IMG/VR virus record: IMGVR_UViG_3300036785_000370
Coordinates: 7,991 to 71,990 of that record
Reading direction: 5' to 3' (one strand)
Source: a virus
DNA: 64,000 nt
Both the position numbers and the translations under genes were made by a program. A model generated the notes under the pieces. It was not told the origin of the DNA. It did not search any database and saw only the letters and a list, made by a program, of their open reading frames with translations. How positions within the stretch are numbered: position 1 is the first letter of the stretch; the number at the start of each line of letters is the position of its first letter. Below are positions 17,957-27,407 of the stretch, one piece after another.

Positions 17957-18637
17957 TCAATGACTCAGTAACCAATCAACGTAATCCTCATCTTTATCAG
18001 GCTGACCGGGCGGCTCCGTTCTAAAAATCCCGTCCCGGCCCTTGAACAGTTTCACCTTCAGATCAGGCACAGTAGATTTCGTGCACTCCGATTGCATCTG
18101 ATAGCGAATCTTACTCAGCGCGATATCAATTATTTGCCGAACACGCTCTTTGCCACATCCATGCTTACGACCGACGTCCTCGAGTGTCAGGTTATCGACA
18201 AATCGCATGGACATCATGCTCTGCTCGCGTTCAGTAAGTAAGTCCTTGAATGCCTCCAGAGCTTCTTTTGAGTTGATCGAATCCTCTGGGAGCGGAGCCT
18301 GAGCGTCTTCTAAAAGAAGTTGCTGGTGGGTCGCGAAATCTTCGAGCTGTTTTTGGTCTAGATCTGCGAACTGGAGATGCTTGACGCTCTGCCCGAATCC
18401 GATATACGCGTCTGGGAACATTTCCGCGACGTCTGCGAATTCGCCTACCTCGGCGAAGGCTTTTTGTATGGCATCAATGGTCGCCATAGACGGGCGGTTA
18501 TGCATGTTGATTGCACATGAAACACTGTGGATGCTAATCCCAGCTCTTCTAGCCAACTCGGCTTGAGACCAGTTATGCTTCTTTAGTAACTGGTAGAGAC
18601 CGCCGTGCTTGAATCGTGTTATAGCTGCAATTTTCAT
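17957..18637 (-). CDS. XRE-type HTH fused to sigma-70 region-4-like domain
   Basis: WSQAELARRAGIS...S at the N-terminus; LTERE...MRF....TLEDVG...G..KERVRQI...AL.K.R at the C-terminus; start taken at the ATGA overlap (18637). Confidence 0.8.
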   Translation of the reverse strand: MKIAAITRFKHGGLYQLLKKHNWSQAELARRAGISIHSVSCAINMHNRPSMATIDAIQKAFAEVGEFADVAEMFPDAYIGFGQSVKHLQFADLDQKQLEDFATHQQLLLEDAQAPLPEDSINSKEALEAFKDLLTEREQSMMSMRFVDNLTLEDVGRKHGCGKERVRQIIDIALSKIRYQMQSECTKSTVPDLKVKLFKGRDGIFRTEPPGQPDKDEDYVDWLLSH

Positions 18638-19152
18638 TCTGGGATCGTATCCGACTTGATATAGGCGAGCCATGCGCTGCCCAGGATCTTGTTATAATGC
18701 GCGGTTACAAGTGCCCAGCCGTTGCCGTGATCAATGACCTCGAAACTGATAATGTCATCGATGTCGATCATGCGCTCTTTGATACGTGAATAAACCCAGT
18801 CGGCCGGGATAACGCTCAGGCTTCGATAAGGCTGCTGAAGGCCGGTGATCAGGCAGAACGGCGAGATGGTTAGTCTGCCGACTTTCTTGATGAGTAGACG
18901 GTCGGCCGCATGAGAATCGTAGCTCCAGGGCCGCGTATTCTCGAAGCATTCCTTGAACGTTGTGACATGCGGCTGCGCTATCGGCTTGGCCAAGCCTTCC
19001 AGCTCTGGCCGGCTCTCTTCTTCCTCTGGATCGCAGATGCATTCATCATCCCAGTGGGAACATTTCGAACACCAGTGCTCGCCTTGCGGCGGATTGCTTG
19101 GATCGTAGCCGCCGTGATATTTGGCTGATTCGGGTGCCTCGTAGTAGTTCAT
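18634..19152 (-). CDS. Hypothetical protein
   Basis: ORF coupled to both neighbours. Confidence 0.5.
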   Translation of the reverse strand: MNYYEAPESAKYHGGYDPSNPPQGEHWCSKCSHWDDECICDPEEEESRPELEGLAKPIAQPHVTTFKECFENTRPWSYDSHAADRLLIKKVGRLTISPFCLITGLQQPYRSLSVIPADWVYSRIKERMIDIDDIISFEVIDHGNGWALVTAHYNKILGSAWLAYIKSDTIPE

Positions 19153-19431
19153 ACCGGGTAACCTCCGGTGCCGCGCAGGACTTCGTCCAGTAACAGCATG
19201 AGCAGACGGTTCTGGTCGCGCTCGTTCAGTTCGAGGCCGGCGGCGCGCGTGTTTGTGTATTTCTCCATCAGTTCATTAAGCCCGTTGTGATCGCGGCGGC
19301 TTTCGCGTTCGACGATCAACAGCATGGCTTCCCTTTGTGTTGGCGTAAGATTGCCCCGCAGGACGATCAACGCTTGGTCTTTTAATTTCATACGACGATA
19401 GACAGATGCTGTCAATGAACGTTCAAAAGTT

Positions 19432-19743
19432 TCAGGGAATATCCTCCGCGATCTCGCTGGTGAACTGGATCAGCCACCGGCCGTCTTTGAGCTGCTTGAC
19501 CTTTGGCTTGTAATTTACCAGCAGGTAGGTGTAAGAGGGATCGAAGCCTTTGCCTAACGGGTCCTGCGTGTTAGCCCGGCCGACGATCAGCCAGACCCCA
19601 GAGACGCCGCCTTTGACCTCGATCCGGCTTGGCTGGCCGTCCAGCGGCCGGGTGACGTCGAAAGGGACACTGGTCTGGGCCAGGAGAAGCTTCGCCAGAA
19701 TAACGCCGATCAGCGCCGCGAGTGAACATTGCAGTAGCTTCAT
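19432..19743 (-). CDS. Small exported or membrane-anchored protein
   Basis: N-terminal hydrophobic signal-like segment. Confidence 0.5.
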   Translation of the reverse strand: MKLLQCSLAALIGVILAKLLLAQTSVPFDVTRPLDGQPSRIEVKGGVSGVWLIVGRANTQDPLGKGFDPSYTYLLVNYKPKVKQLKDGRWLIQFTSEIAEDIP

Positions 19744-20351
19744 ACCGCCATCTCCTTCTGTGCACGTTCACCTTTGCGGACCACCTTGACCAGAGTCATC
19801 CCGCGTTTCTCGAGATCCTCGAGCTTCTCGTTGCTGTCGCCCTTCTTAACGATGTATTCGATCCGCTGCGGCCGGAAGACATGGAAGATGGCCGACTTGT
19901 AGGTAGGCTCTTCTCCAAGCTTAAATACGCTCTCTATCGCTTTGCGGTGCGCCAGAGCCACCCAGGTCTCGCCAACGACGAATCCGCGAGGCACAGCCTG
20001 AATGCGGCGCGAGATGCCCATGCTGCCGGCTTCCTTCGCAAACGCCGCCGGCGTCTTGTAGAACTGTTCGCCCACCCAGAGCAGACCGCACTGCTGGATT
20101 TTGGCATCGGCTATCGGACAATTGCCGCAACCGCCTTCCCGGGAGCAGCCGCGGACAGCGGCCAGAGCGGAGAGATCGATCCAGGTCCAGCCGCGGGAGG
20201 GCTTGATGCCGTGGTGACATGTCGGACAGACTTCCAGCTCGATCGGGAGGGCGCCGCAATATCGGCCGAGCCCTTCACTGACCAGATACAGTCCGCCTTC
20301 CTTGCGATAGCCGCAGCCGCGTTTGCCTTCGATTTGTGTTAGTATGTTCAT
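19740..20351 (-). CDS. Cys-rich phage hypothetical protein
   Basis: RGCGYRKEGGLYL, CPTC, LLWVGE.FY.TP..F..EA..MGISRRI. Confidence 0.65.
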   Translation of the reverse strand: MNILTQIEGKRGCGYRKEGGLYLVSEGLGRYCGALPIELEVCPTCHHGIKPSRGWTWIDLSALAAVRGCSREGGCGNCPIADAKIQQCGLLWVGEQFYKTPAAFAKEAGSMGISRRIQAVPRGFVVGETWVALAHRKAIESVFKLGEEPTYKSAIFHVFRPQRIEYIVKKGDSNEKLEDLEKRGMTLVKVVRKGERAQKEMAV

Positions 20352-23235
20352 TGGTTCTCCTCCATGACCCAGAGTAAGTGTATTCCAGCCTGATCCTTCG
20401 TTTCCCAGAGCATTTCGATGACCCTTTTGTCCTCGCTGAGGCTCCCTGTGGAACTCACCGTGTGGATGTCCGTAGGATAGCCCTGTGGACCGTAGGTCAC
20501 TTGAAACAGGCCATTAAGTAACGCTGCTAACGCGATCAATAGTTGCCTTAGTTGCCTCATAGCGCCACCTCCTTGTTCTGTTGCTGTGCCTTAAAGATCT
20601 CGAGGATCTGGCGGCCAGCTTCCTTGGCGACGCAGACCAGAGTGGATTTGGTCACGCTATCGCCAGCTTCTTTGAGCTGGTCTTCGACGAGCCAGCGTAT
20701 GTGATGGCCTACGGAGTCCCACCAGAGCAACGGGATGTCGTTGAAGTGTTCGTCGGTAGAATCTTTCAGCGGGCCGAAGCCGATCTGTCTCTCGACGATC
20801 TGCCTGATCTCTTGCGTGACGAATTGCGCGTAATATTCGCGGTGCACCGCCATCCCTTGCGTGAGTCGGCGCGGATCGTTCATGTAATCTTGTCGTTTAA
20901 TCATTGGCTGACTTGTCTCCCAGTGAGGAATGTTTGCGGCGTTCGAATACCCCGAGGTGGAGCTGGAATTGCCCTTCCTCGACGATCCCGTAGCCATAGG
21001 TTTTGTCGGAGCGTTGTAGCTCGATCAGTTTCTTAACCAGCTGGCGAACGCTCATGGCTGGCTCGTCATCGGCTCCCCACCCAGAGCTATCGACAAAGAG
21101 TGTGTCGACCAGCTCCCAGCCTTTCGGCCGGTGATCGCCCAGATTGGGGAACGGGAAAGGCGGATAGGTTTTGATCTCGTCCTCGTGCAGCGGGACGTAT
21201 GGTTGAAAGTAAAGCCGGCTGGCTTGTTTTGTTACTTTGCGCGTCTCGGCGCGTATGGATTCTAGTGACATCATGGTTGTGGTTCTTTCTTGGTTATTGG
21301 CCAGTAGGCCGTTGGGTATTGGAATCGGCTGGGCACATCGCCCAGGCGAAAGTTTGGCAGCGTCTCGATCTGAGAGAGCTGATAAGTGCAGCCTGGGCCG
21401 ACGATCATCGCCGTGCGTGCGCCGAACTGGCTGCTGCACATGTCGAGGTTCTCCATGCAGACCACGGCTTCGACGCCGGGTTTGGCTGCGTTACGCCGGA
21501 TGGCTTCGTGCACCTCTGTATCGAACAGAGCGAGAAACTCTGGCCCGGTTAACTCTCGGACTTCGCCGCTGACTTTGTGTTTGATCATAGGTTATTCAAT
21601 CAGGTTTTTGGTTTCTTCGATCTCGATCCCGAGCATCGAAATTTCGTCTGAGTTTTGATAGGCCCATTCAGTAACGGGCTCTGGGAACAATTTTGAATTT
21701 TCTCCGTCCATCCCCTTGTAGCCGTAGGATTCGCCGGCGGCGCCGAGGAACGACAAAAGGGACGCGAATCCCTCCTGCAAATCACCGCCCTGGCAGCCGC
21801 TGCGAAGATCAGTGATCTCGTGTTCGCTGCCATCTGGTAGATCGATAAAAACGCCGTATTGCGTGCGGCCTTCTGAATTGCGCTGGCCTTGGCCCATGCT
21901 GATATAGCCTCCGCCGATCTTTAAGCCGGCCATCAGGCGAGCTGTAATGATGAATGGTGCGTGTAGTTTCATGTTACCAGTTGAGCCCTTCGGCTTTGAT
22001 CCACTCAAGGAGGTCCGCGGCCGGCCGGTGGTCGACGACCAGGCTCGGGCCCATCCATTGCCAACCTTCGGTGTCACAGCGATCTAGGAACGCTTTGGCG
22101 GCGCCTGTGAGCGGTGTGAACACGATGACTGAGCCTTCGTTTGTTATTCTGAAATCCATTAGTTCTCTGGCCTCCCCTCGATCTCGGTAGCTTTCGCGTC
22201 TGGGCTCGGATTCGTGACGTCGCGAGTCAGCTCGTAGACGCCTGGTTGTAATTGGTTGTTGTTCATGTTGGTTAGCCTTTCAATGTTAGGGCCGCGATGC
22301 CGATCTGCTTGGCGATTGCGTCCAAGCGATCTGCCATCTTGTGAAGGTCATACTCATAGGTTGAGTTTTTGACCGCCAGATCGCGCACAGTGTCGCGAGC
22401 TGCCATCAATTCCTGCATCTTTTGTTTTGCTTCTTCAATGTTGTTCATGGTTAGATAGACAGCTGCTATGTAGTTTCGTTGAATATTCGTTGAAACTTTT
22501 TTTTTACCACCGGCTTTGGCCAGTTGCTTGCGTAAGAGTGGGTCAGGCCGCAGAGGCAGCATTCGACGACCGTTTTACGTGAGCCGTTCTGGATGATTCC
22601 CACCGGCTGTAGCCGGCGCATCCGCGGGTTTTGTTTTCTAGCTTCTTCGAACGTCATGGTATTAGCTCCATTGAATCCAGCTGGTTGAGCGCGTTGGTCG
22701 CGAGTTCATACAGGTGATGGAATCGATCCGAGTTATTGTAAGGCTGGCGCAGCTCGTCGCAGACTCGCGTCAGAATCTCGATCGTGAGCTGCTGCTTTTT
22801 GATGTGGATGCGAAGTGTCTTAATCGTGTCGGTTTCGTGTTTCATTGGTCTTTGCCTTTCTTGGCCGGCGGGTAGTAACCGCGGTCTGTTGCTTTGCGTA
22901 ATACGCAGCCCTGGGTGCGGGGGGCACCCAGGACGCTGTATCGCTTTCCTGTTTCGCGTTGCCTCATAATGAGAGCAATCCGCGCTTTAAAGTCTGGTGT
23001 GGTTTCGATGGTGGTCATTGTGCCAATGGCTCTGCGATTGTTTTGCCCATCGTGATGACGTCCTGCAATCTGACCGCCATCGCGTAGGCGGAGCGATCGG
23101 TGTCGTCTTTGCAGTCGCGAACCGAATAGGCGACGTAAGAGGTGGTTTCCTCGGCCTGGTTTCCCAGGTTTGAAATTTTCACTCGGTATGTTTTCATGGT
23201 GATAAGATAGACAGTAGCTGTGTAGTAATGTTCAA

Positions 23236-23733
23236 TCAAGCCCGAAATTTTTCTTGGCCGATGTAAGTCACTTTCCAGGCGTGCTTGATCAGGGTCCGCG
23301 CGCCGTTGCGCTGCCAATCGCGCGCTTTGCCGTTCACGATCGCGAACGCGTGCCGGCGTTTGAGGACCAGGTAGCGGCCGGCCGGATGCTCGCGTATGAA
23401 GCGCTTCATAGTCACGCGCCAGGGCACCTCGGATTTAGGCCCAAGTTCGACTGGATACTCCCAGGCCAGTGCGTGCTCGCGTTTGGCTTTAGCTTCGGCT
23501 CTGGCGTGTTGCCGGCACAGGTGGATCCGCTCGAACCGGAACTCTGGCAGCTTACCTTGCTCGATCGTCGGCTTAAGGCTGATCCCGCGGTTATTCTTTC
23601 GGCCGGCCCGAGCCAGCGCTCTGTGCGCGATCAGCCAGGGCACGCCCGCGGCTATCGAGAGCGCGTTGACAGTGCAGGCGTTGCGCTCCTTGTTTCCCTC
23701 TGGCGCGTTGCTGGTGAACTGGAATTCGATCAT
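23236..23733 (-). CDS. Phage hypothetical protein
   Basis: ERNACTVNALSIAAGVPW..AH...GRKNNRG, HAFAIVNG. Confidence 0.6.
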   Translation of the reverse strand: MIEFQFTSNAPEGNKERNACTVNALSIAAGVPWLIAHRALARAGRKNNRGISLKPTIEQGKLPEFRFERIHLCRQHARAEAKAKREHALAWEYPVELGPKSEVPWRVTMKRFIREHPAGRYLVLKRRHAFAIVNGKARDWQRNGARTLIKHAWKVTYIGQEKFRA

Positions 23734-24030
23734 GCGGCCTCCTTCAACGCGCCGAGGAGGCGCGCTTCCCATTCCACTGCGGACAGCTGGTAGCTTTTTC
23801 CTTTGTGATGGGAACCAATCGCCGCCAACTCGTTGATGTCTTGGACCGCGTCGAGCGAGTAGGTGGTGGTGGCTTGCTGCTTGCCATCGTAGCTGACAGT
23901 TACAACTTCAACGCGAGGCACTGCGCCCTCGCCCATTTGGTTTGATGTGTTATTCATGTTTAGATAGACACCTGCTGTGTATGGTTGTTCAATCTGGGAT
24001 TAAATTTGTTCGAATTTATTTCCGGCCGGA

Positions 24031-24831
24031 TTACATGTTCCAGGCACCGTTCATCGCCGGCACTTCTTCGCCGGCCGCGATCGCCTGCTGGATCGACTCG
24101 ATCGAGCGGCCGTTCTGAAACGTGTGGCCGATCTCGCGCTCCACATCGACGTATTTCTGAAGCATCTCGGGGTTGTGTTTCCCGGCGATCATCAACGCCG
24201 CTTTGGGAGCGAAAATACAAAACATGCAGCTCAGTCTGGGCATTCCCAGAGCGTAAGCGCTGTGGTAAGGGACCCCGCTCGCTTTGATATCGGCCCAGAC
24301 TTGCGCTTCGGTCCAGGTGTGGATCGGGAGCCATTCCATCACGGTGCGCGTCTTGGTGCAAAGTTTGTCCAGCTTCGCGAACACCGGCGCCTTGGCGCGA
24401 GCTGGGCTCTCCTCGGCGCGGAAGCCTTTGATGTAGAGGACATCGCCCGCGGCTTCGCGGGAGAGCATTGTGACGACCCTGTGGCCCGGTGTGCGCTTCA
24501 TATCGGAGGTGCAATAGCGCTGGCCGCTCGAAGGCCACATCCCGCGGGCGCGCACTTTGTCGAGCAAGCTCATCTCGACGCCTTCGCGATTGCGCTGCTT
24601 ACTGATCTCGAACCGGAGCCCGTAGAAATCTGCCTGTTGGCGAGCCAGTTCCGAGGTGCCTTTCCATTCGGCTTCGCCCAAGCACTGGTGGCTCACAACG
24701 ATCCGATCCCGGCTGATCGAGAGCGCATCGCACTGGTTAACTACGAAGCGCAGCGCGGTCTGGGAATCTTTACCCCCAGAGCTGTTCACTACGATCCAAC
24801 GATAATCTGAAAGGTTTGGTGTCTCGTTCAT
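24031..24831 (-). CDS. PAPS reductase family protein (PP-loop, Cys cluster)
   Basis: SSGGKDS PP-loop, RYCTSDMK, GFRAEES..RA, PI..W, RLSCMFC; start placed just after the shared promoter motif. Confidence 0.85.
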   Translation of the reverse strand: MNETPNLSDYRWIVVNSSGGKDSQTALRFVVNQCDALSISRDRIVVSHQCLGEAEWKGTSELARQQADFYGLRFEISKQRNREGVEMSLLDKVRARGMWPSSGQRYCTSDMKRTPGHRVVTMLSREAAGDVLYIKGFRAEESPARAKAPVFAKLDKLCTKTRTVMEWLPIHTWTEAQVWADIKASGVPYHSAYALGMPRLSCMFCIFAPKAALMIAGKHNPEMLQKYVDVEREIGHTFQNGRSIESIQQAIAAGEEVPAMNGAWNM

Positions 24832-26616
24832 ATTGGTATAAAGATAGACACCTGCTGTGTATAAACGTTCACTCTTTCTCAAGATTATTTTTGACACCCA
24901 GAGCGACCTCGTGATATCCCCTCTTTATGCCTCTGCGCGAGAGTGCCCGTATCAAATCAAAGGAGAAACCTCGCCCCACTTATCCGGCCGATCACGAGCC
25001 GGCTATGCAGGTCCCGCGCGGCGGCTCTTCCTGCGCCACCTGCGAGTATGTCACTCGCGACCGGGCCCATTGTTCCAACTCTCATTACCAAGCCTGGCAC
25101 GGTAACCCTAAGCTCGATTATCCGGCCGAAGAGTTCTGTAGCGATTGGTACGAGCCAGCCAAAGGCGCTCTCTCACCCAAGGCAGCATGAACCTATGCAA
25201 TACCAGATCGTTCAATCAGAATCCCTAGAGGATCTCTCCTCCCGCGTTAACGCTCTCCTTGCCCAAGATTGGATCCCAGCTGGCGGCGCTTTCACTTTCC
25301 ACGAGGACACTGGCGATCCCGTTACCTTCGCTCAAACCCTCCTCGCTTACGGATCCAGCGATCAAAAGCATTTCCAAAAAGCATCCGGCTCTTCCCCTCT
25401 ATGAAACGCCCCATCAAACTCCCGCCCCCAGACGTCCTTATCATTATCATCCTCGTCGCCATCGTCCTCATCATCGTTCTCCTTCGCTCCTGAAAGATGT
25501 CCCTCAAAACCGTCATCCTCTCTTTCGGCTTCGATAAAGATGGTCACCCAGATTTCGCTGTCTCAGGTCTCATTACCTCTCTCTCTTACGATAAAATGAA
25601 CGAGCTCCGCGCCATTATCCCCGTCGGCATCGGCACCGCAGAAGATCTCTTCAAACGCGAAGTCCAACGTCGCTTCCCAGCTTCCCAGGCCAAACGTATT
25701 CCCACAACTTGAGAATGCCTTCTGACGCCATCTTATCCCTCCTCGGCTGCTCCGACCCTCTTCTCCTCGAAAAGCTCCGTAACGGCTCCGCCACTGACCA
25801 AGATAAAGCTCTCCTGCGCGATATCGCTTCCTCCTGGCTCAATCACGAGTTCAAACAACTCTCTTCCAAACGCTCTCTCATCGACCGCTGGATCAAACTC
25901 TGGATCGATGCCGCTAATTGCCACGATGACTCAAAATGAACAACGATGACCTATCCCTCGACCAACTCGCCGCAGAGTTCATCTCCGTCTTCTGCCCTCA
26001 TCTCACCACCGACAACACTACCGTCATCAAAGTCCAAGATGGTTCTATTCAACCGGTCCCTCCCACAATCGAAACCGCTCTCGCTTGCAATTCCATCAAG
26101 GCTATCAAAATGGCCTCAAAATGAGTCCACCTATACTCTTTTCCCCTGGCCTCGTTTTGATACACACCCGCGTGGACCGCGCGAGCCTCGATGGATTAGG
26201 CCGGCGAATCGAGCGATCGGCCGCGGATCCGGTTCTTACGCTGGTCGCGGAAGCCGGTGTCAAGCGTCAGAATGTCCCGAATTGCCATAGGCGCTGCCTA
26301 TGGGGGGTCTGAAACACCGGTTTTGGCGCAGGATCGCACAGCCGCGGAGAGTCCCAGGCGAACTAAAGCGTTACGCGAGAGCGCGTTACGCGACATTGTC
26401 CGGACCTCGAGGATTTCATCTTACAAATCTTGTCTGATGTTATGGGTTTTGCCTGGCGCGACGCGCACTTGACAGGTCCGCGGCCGGAGGGTCGTTTTGG
26501 CGCGACCGCGGCGGGCTGGCCCCCACCCCCCACCCCCCGCCTCGACCCGACCCGTCGATCCCCGCGCGCGCTCAGTGTTCTTATAGGGAATTTTATAAAA
26601 AATCTGGTATAAAAAA

Positions 26617-26853
26617 ATGAAAAAAGGTGTATGCGGGATCTACATATTAAGTGATTGCGGGATAGTAGTTTACGTAGGGGCGTCGAAGAATGTGAGGGGG
26701 CGATTATATAAGCACAGGGGTGAGGGAGTAGAATTCACTGAGGTATTGGTGGAGGAATGCCTGGAGGAAGAATTTCCGGATAAGGAGGCGGCGGCGATAA
26801 AGAAGTATAGGCCGAGATTGAACGAGCAGAACGCGACAATATGGGTGGAATGA
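26617..26853 (+). CDS. Small GIY-YIG nuclease
   Basis: GIY...YVGAS.N...R...H...E...I..Y.P.LN. Confidence 0.75.
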   Translation: MKKGVCGIYILSDCGIVVYVGASKNVRGRLYKHRGEGVEFTEVLVEECLEEEFPDKEAAAIKKYRPRLNEQNATIWVE

Positions 26854-26945
26854 TTCAGAATGAGGCCAATATTTTTGGGATAGAGGGATCAAAATGAGAC
26901 AATGAGGTTGACAGAGGGAAAAGTGGGTAGTAAGAAGCGAGGCGG

Positions 26946-27407
26946 ATGAGATCTAGATCCGCGCTACCACCGAGTCCGTATGGTAGTCCGCCGATATATT
27001 TACCGTTTTCGGCGGTAGAGGGGCCACTGCAGCAGGCGCCGTCGAGTTTTGTTGGGAGTGCTGGGTATTACTGGAACTGGTATCCGTATGCGCCGGTAGT
27101 GGACGCAGGGTGGAACGAATGTTTGCACGCGGTGATACCTGTGACGAACGATCCGTATCACGAGTTGATACAGTACAGTATGCCGGCTGGGGTGCAGGAC
27201 ATGATAATCCCGTTCCAGGTGGAGAAGGTGAGTCCGGCGCTGTTGTTGAGTGGTCCGATGATAGTGAACGTGGTGGATGCGGAACCGTTGACGGGACTCT
27301 CTTTCACGGTGACGAATTTGTCGACTTCTTTGTTGGCGATACAACTGAACGCGTTGTTAGACAGTGCGAATTATGTGTTCAACGCGCTGGTGACGGTGGT
27401 GAAGTGA
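26946..27407 (+). CDS. Hypothetical structural protein
   Basis: Beta-rich ORF at the start of the virion gene block. Confidence 0.5.
   Translation: MRSRSALPPSPYGSPPIYLPFSAVEGPLQQAPSSFVGSAGYYWNWYPYAPVVDAGWNECLHAVIPVTNDPYHELIQYSMPAGVQDMIIPFQVEKVSPALLLSGPMIVNVVDAEPLTGLSFTVTNLSTSLLAIQLNALLDSANYVFNALVTVVK

Larger units (their letters stand above)
17933..24872 (-). promoter_or_regulatory. Six dispersed copies of a promoter/operator motif upstream of leftward genes
   Basis: Consensus TTGAAC-N5-TACACAGCAG(G/C)TGTCTATCT-N4-10-ATG at about 19397-19426, 22453-22483, 23205-23235, 23962-23992, 24842-24872; variant with inverted core at 17933-17960. Confidence 0.8.

Noticed and set aside
27110-27403. Upstream extension of the tail spike ORF as given in the ORF track
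   Set aside because: It overlaps ORF 26946-27407 in another frame; a start at 27404 or 27443 is more plausible.
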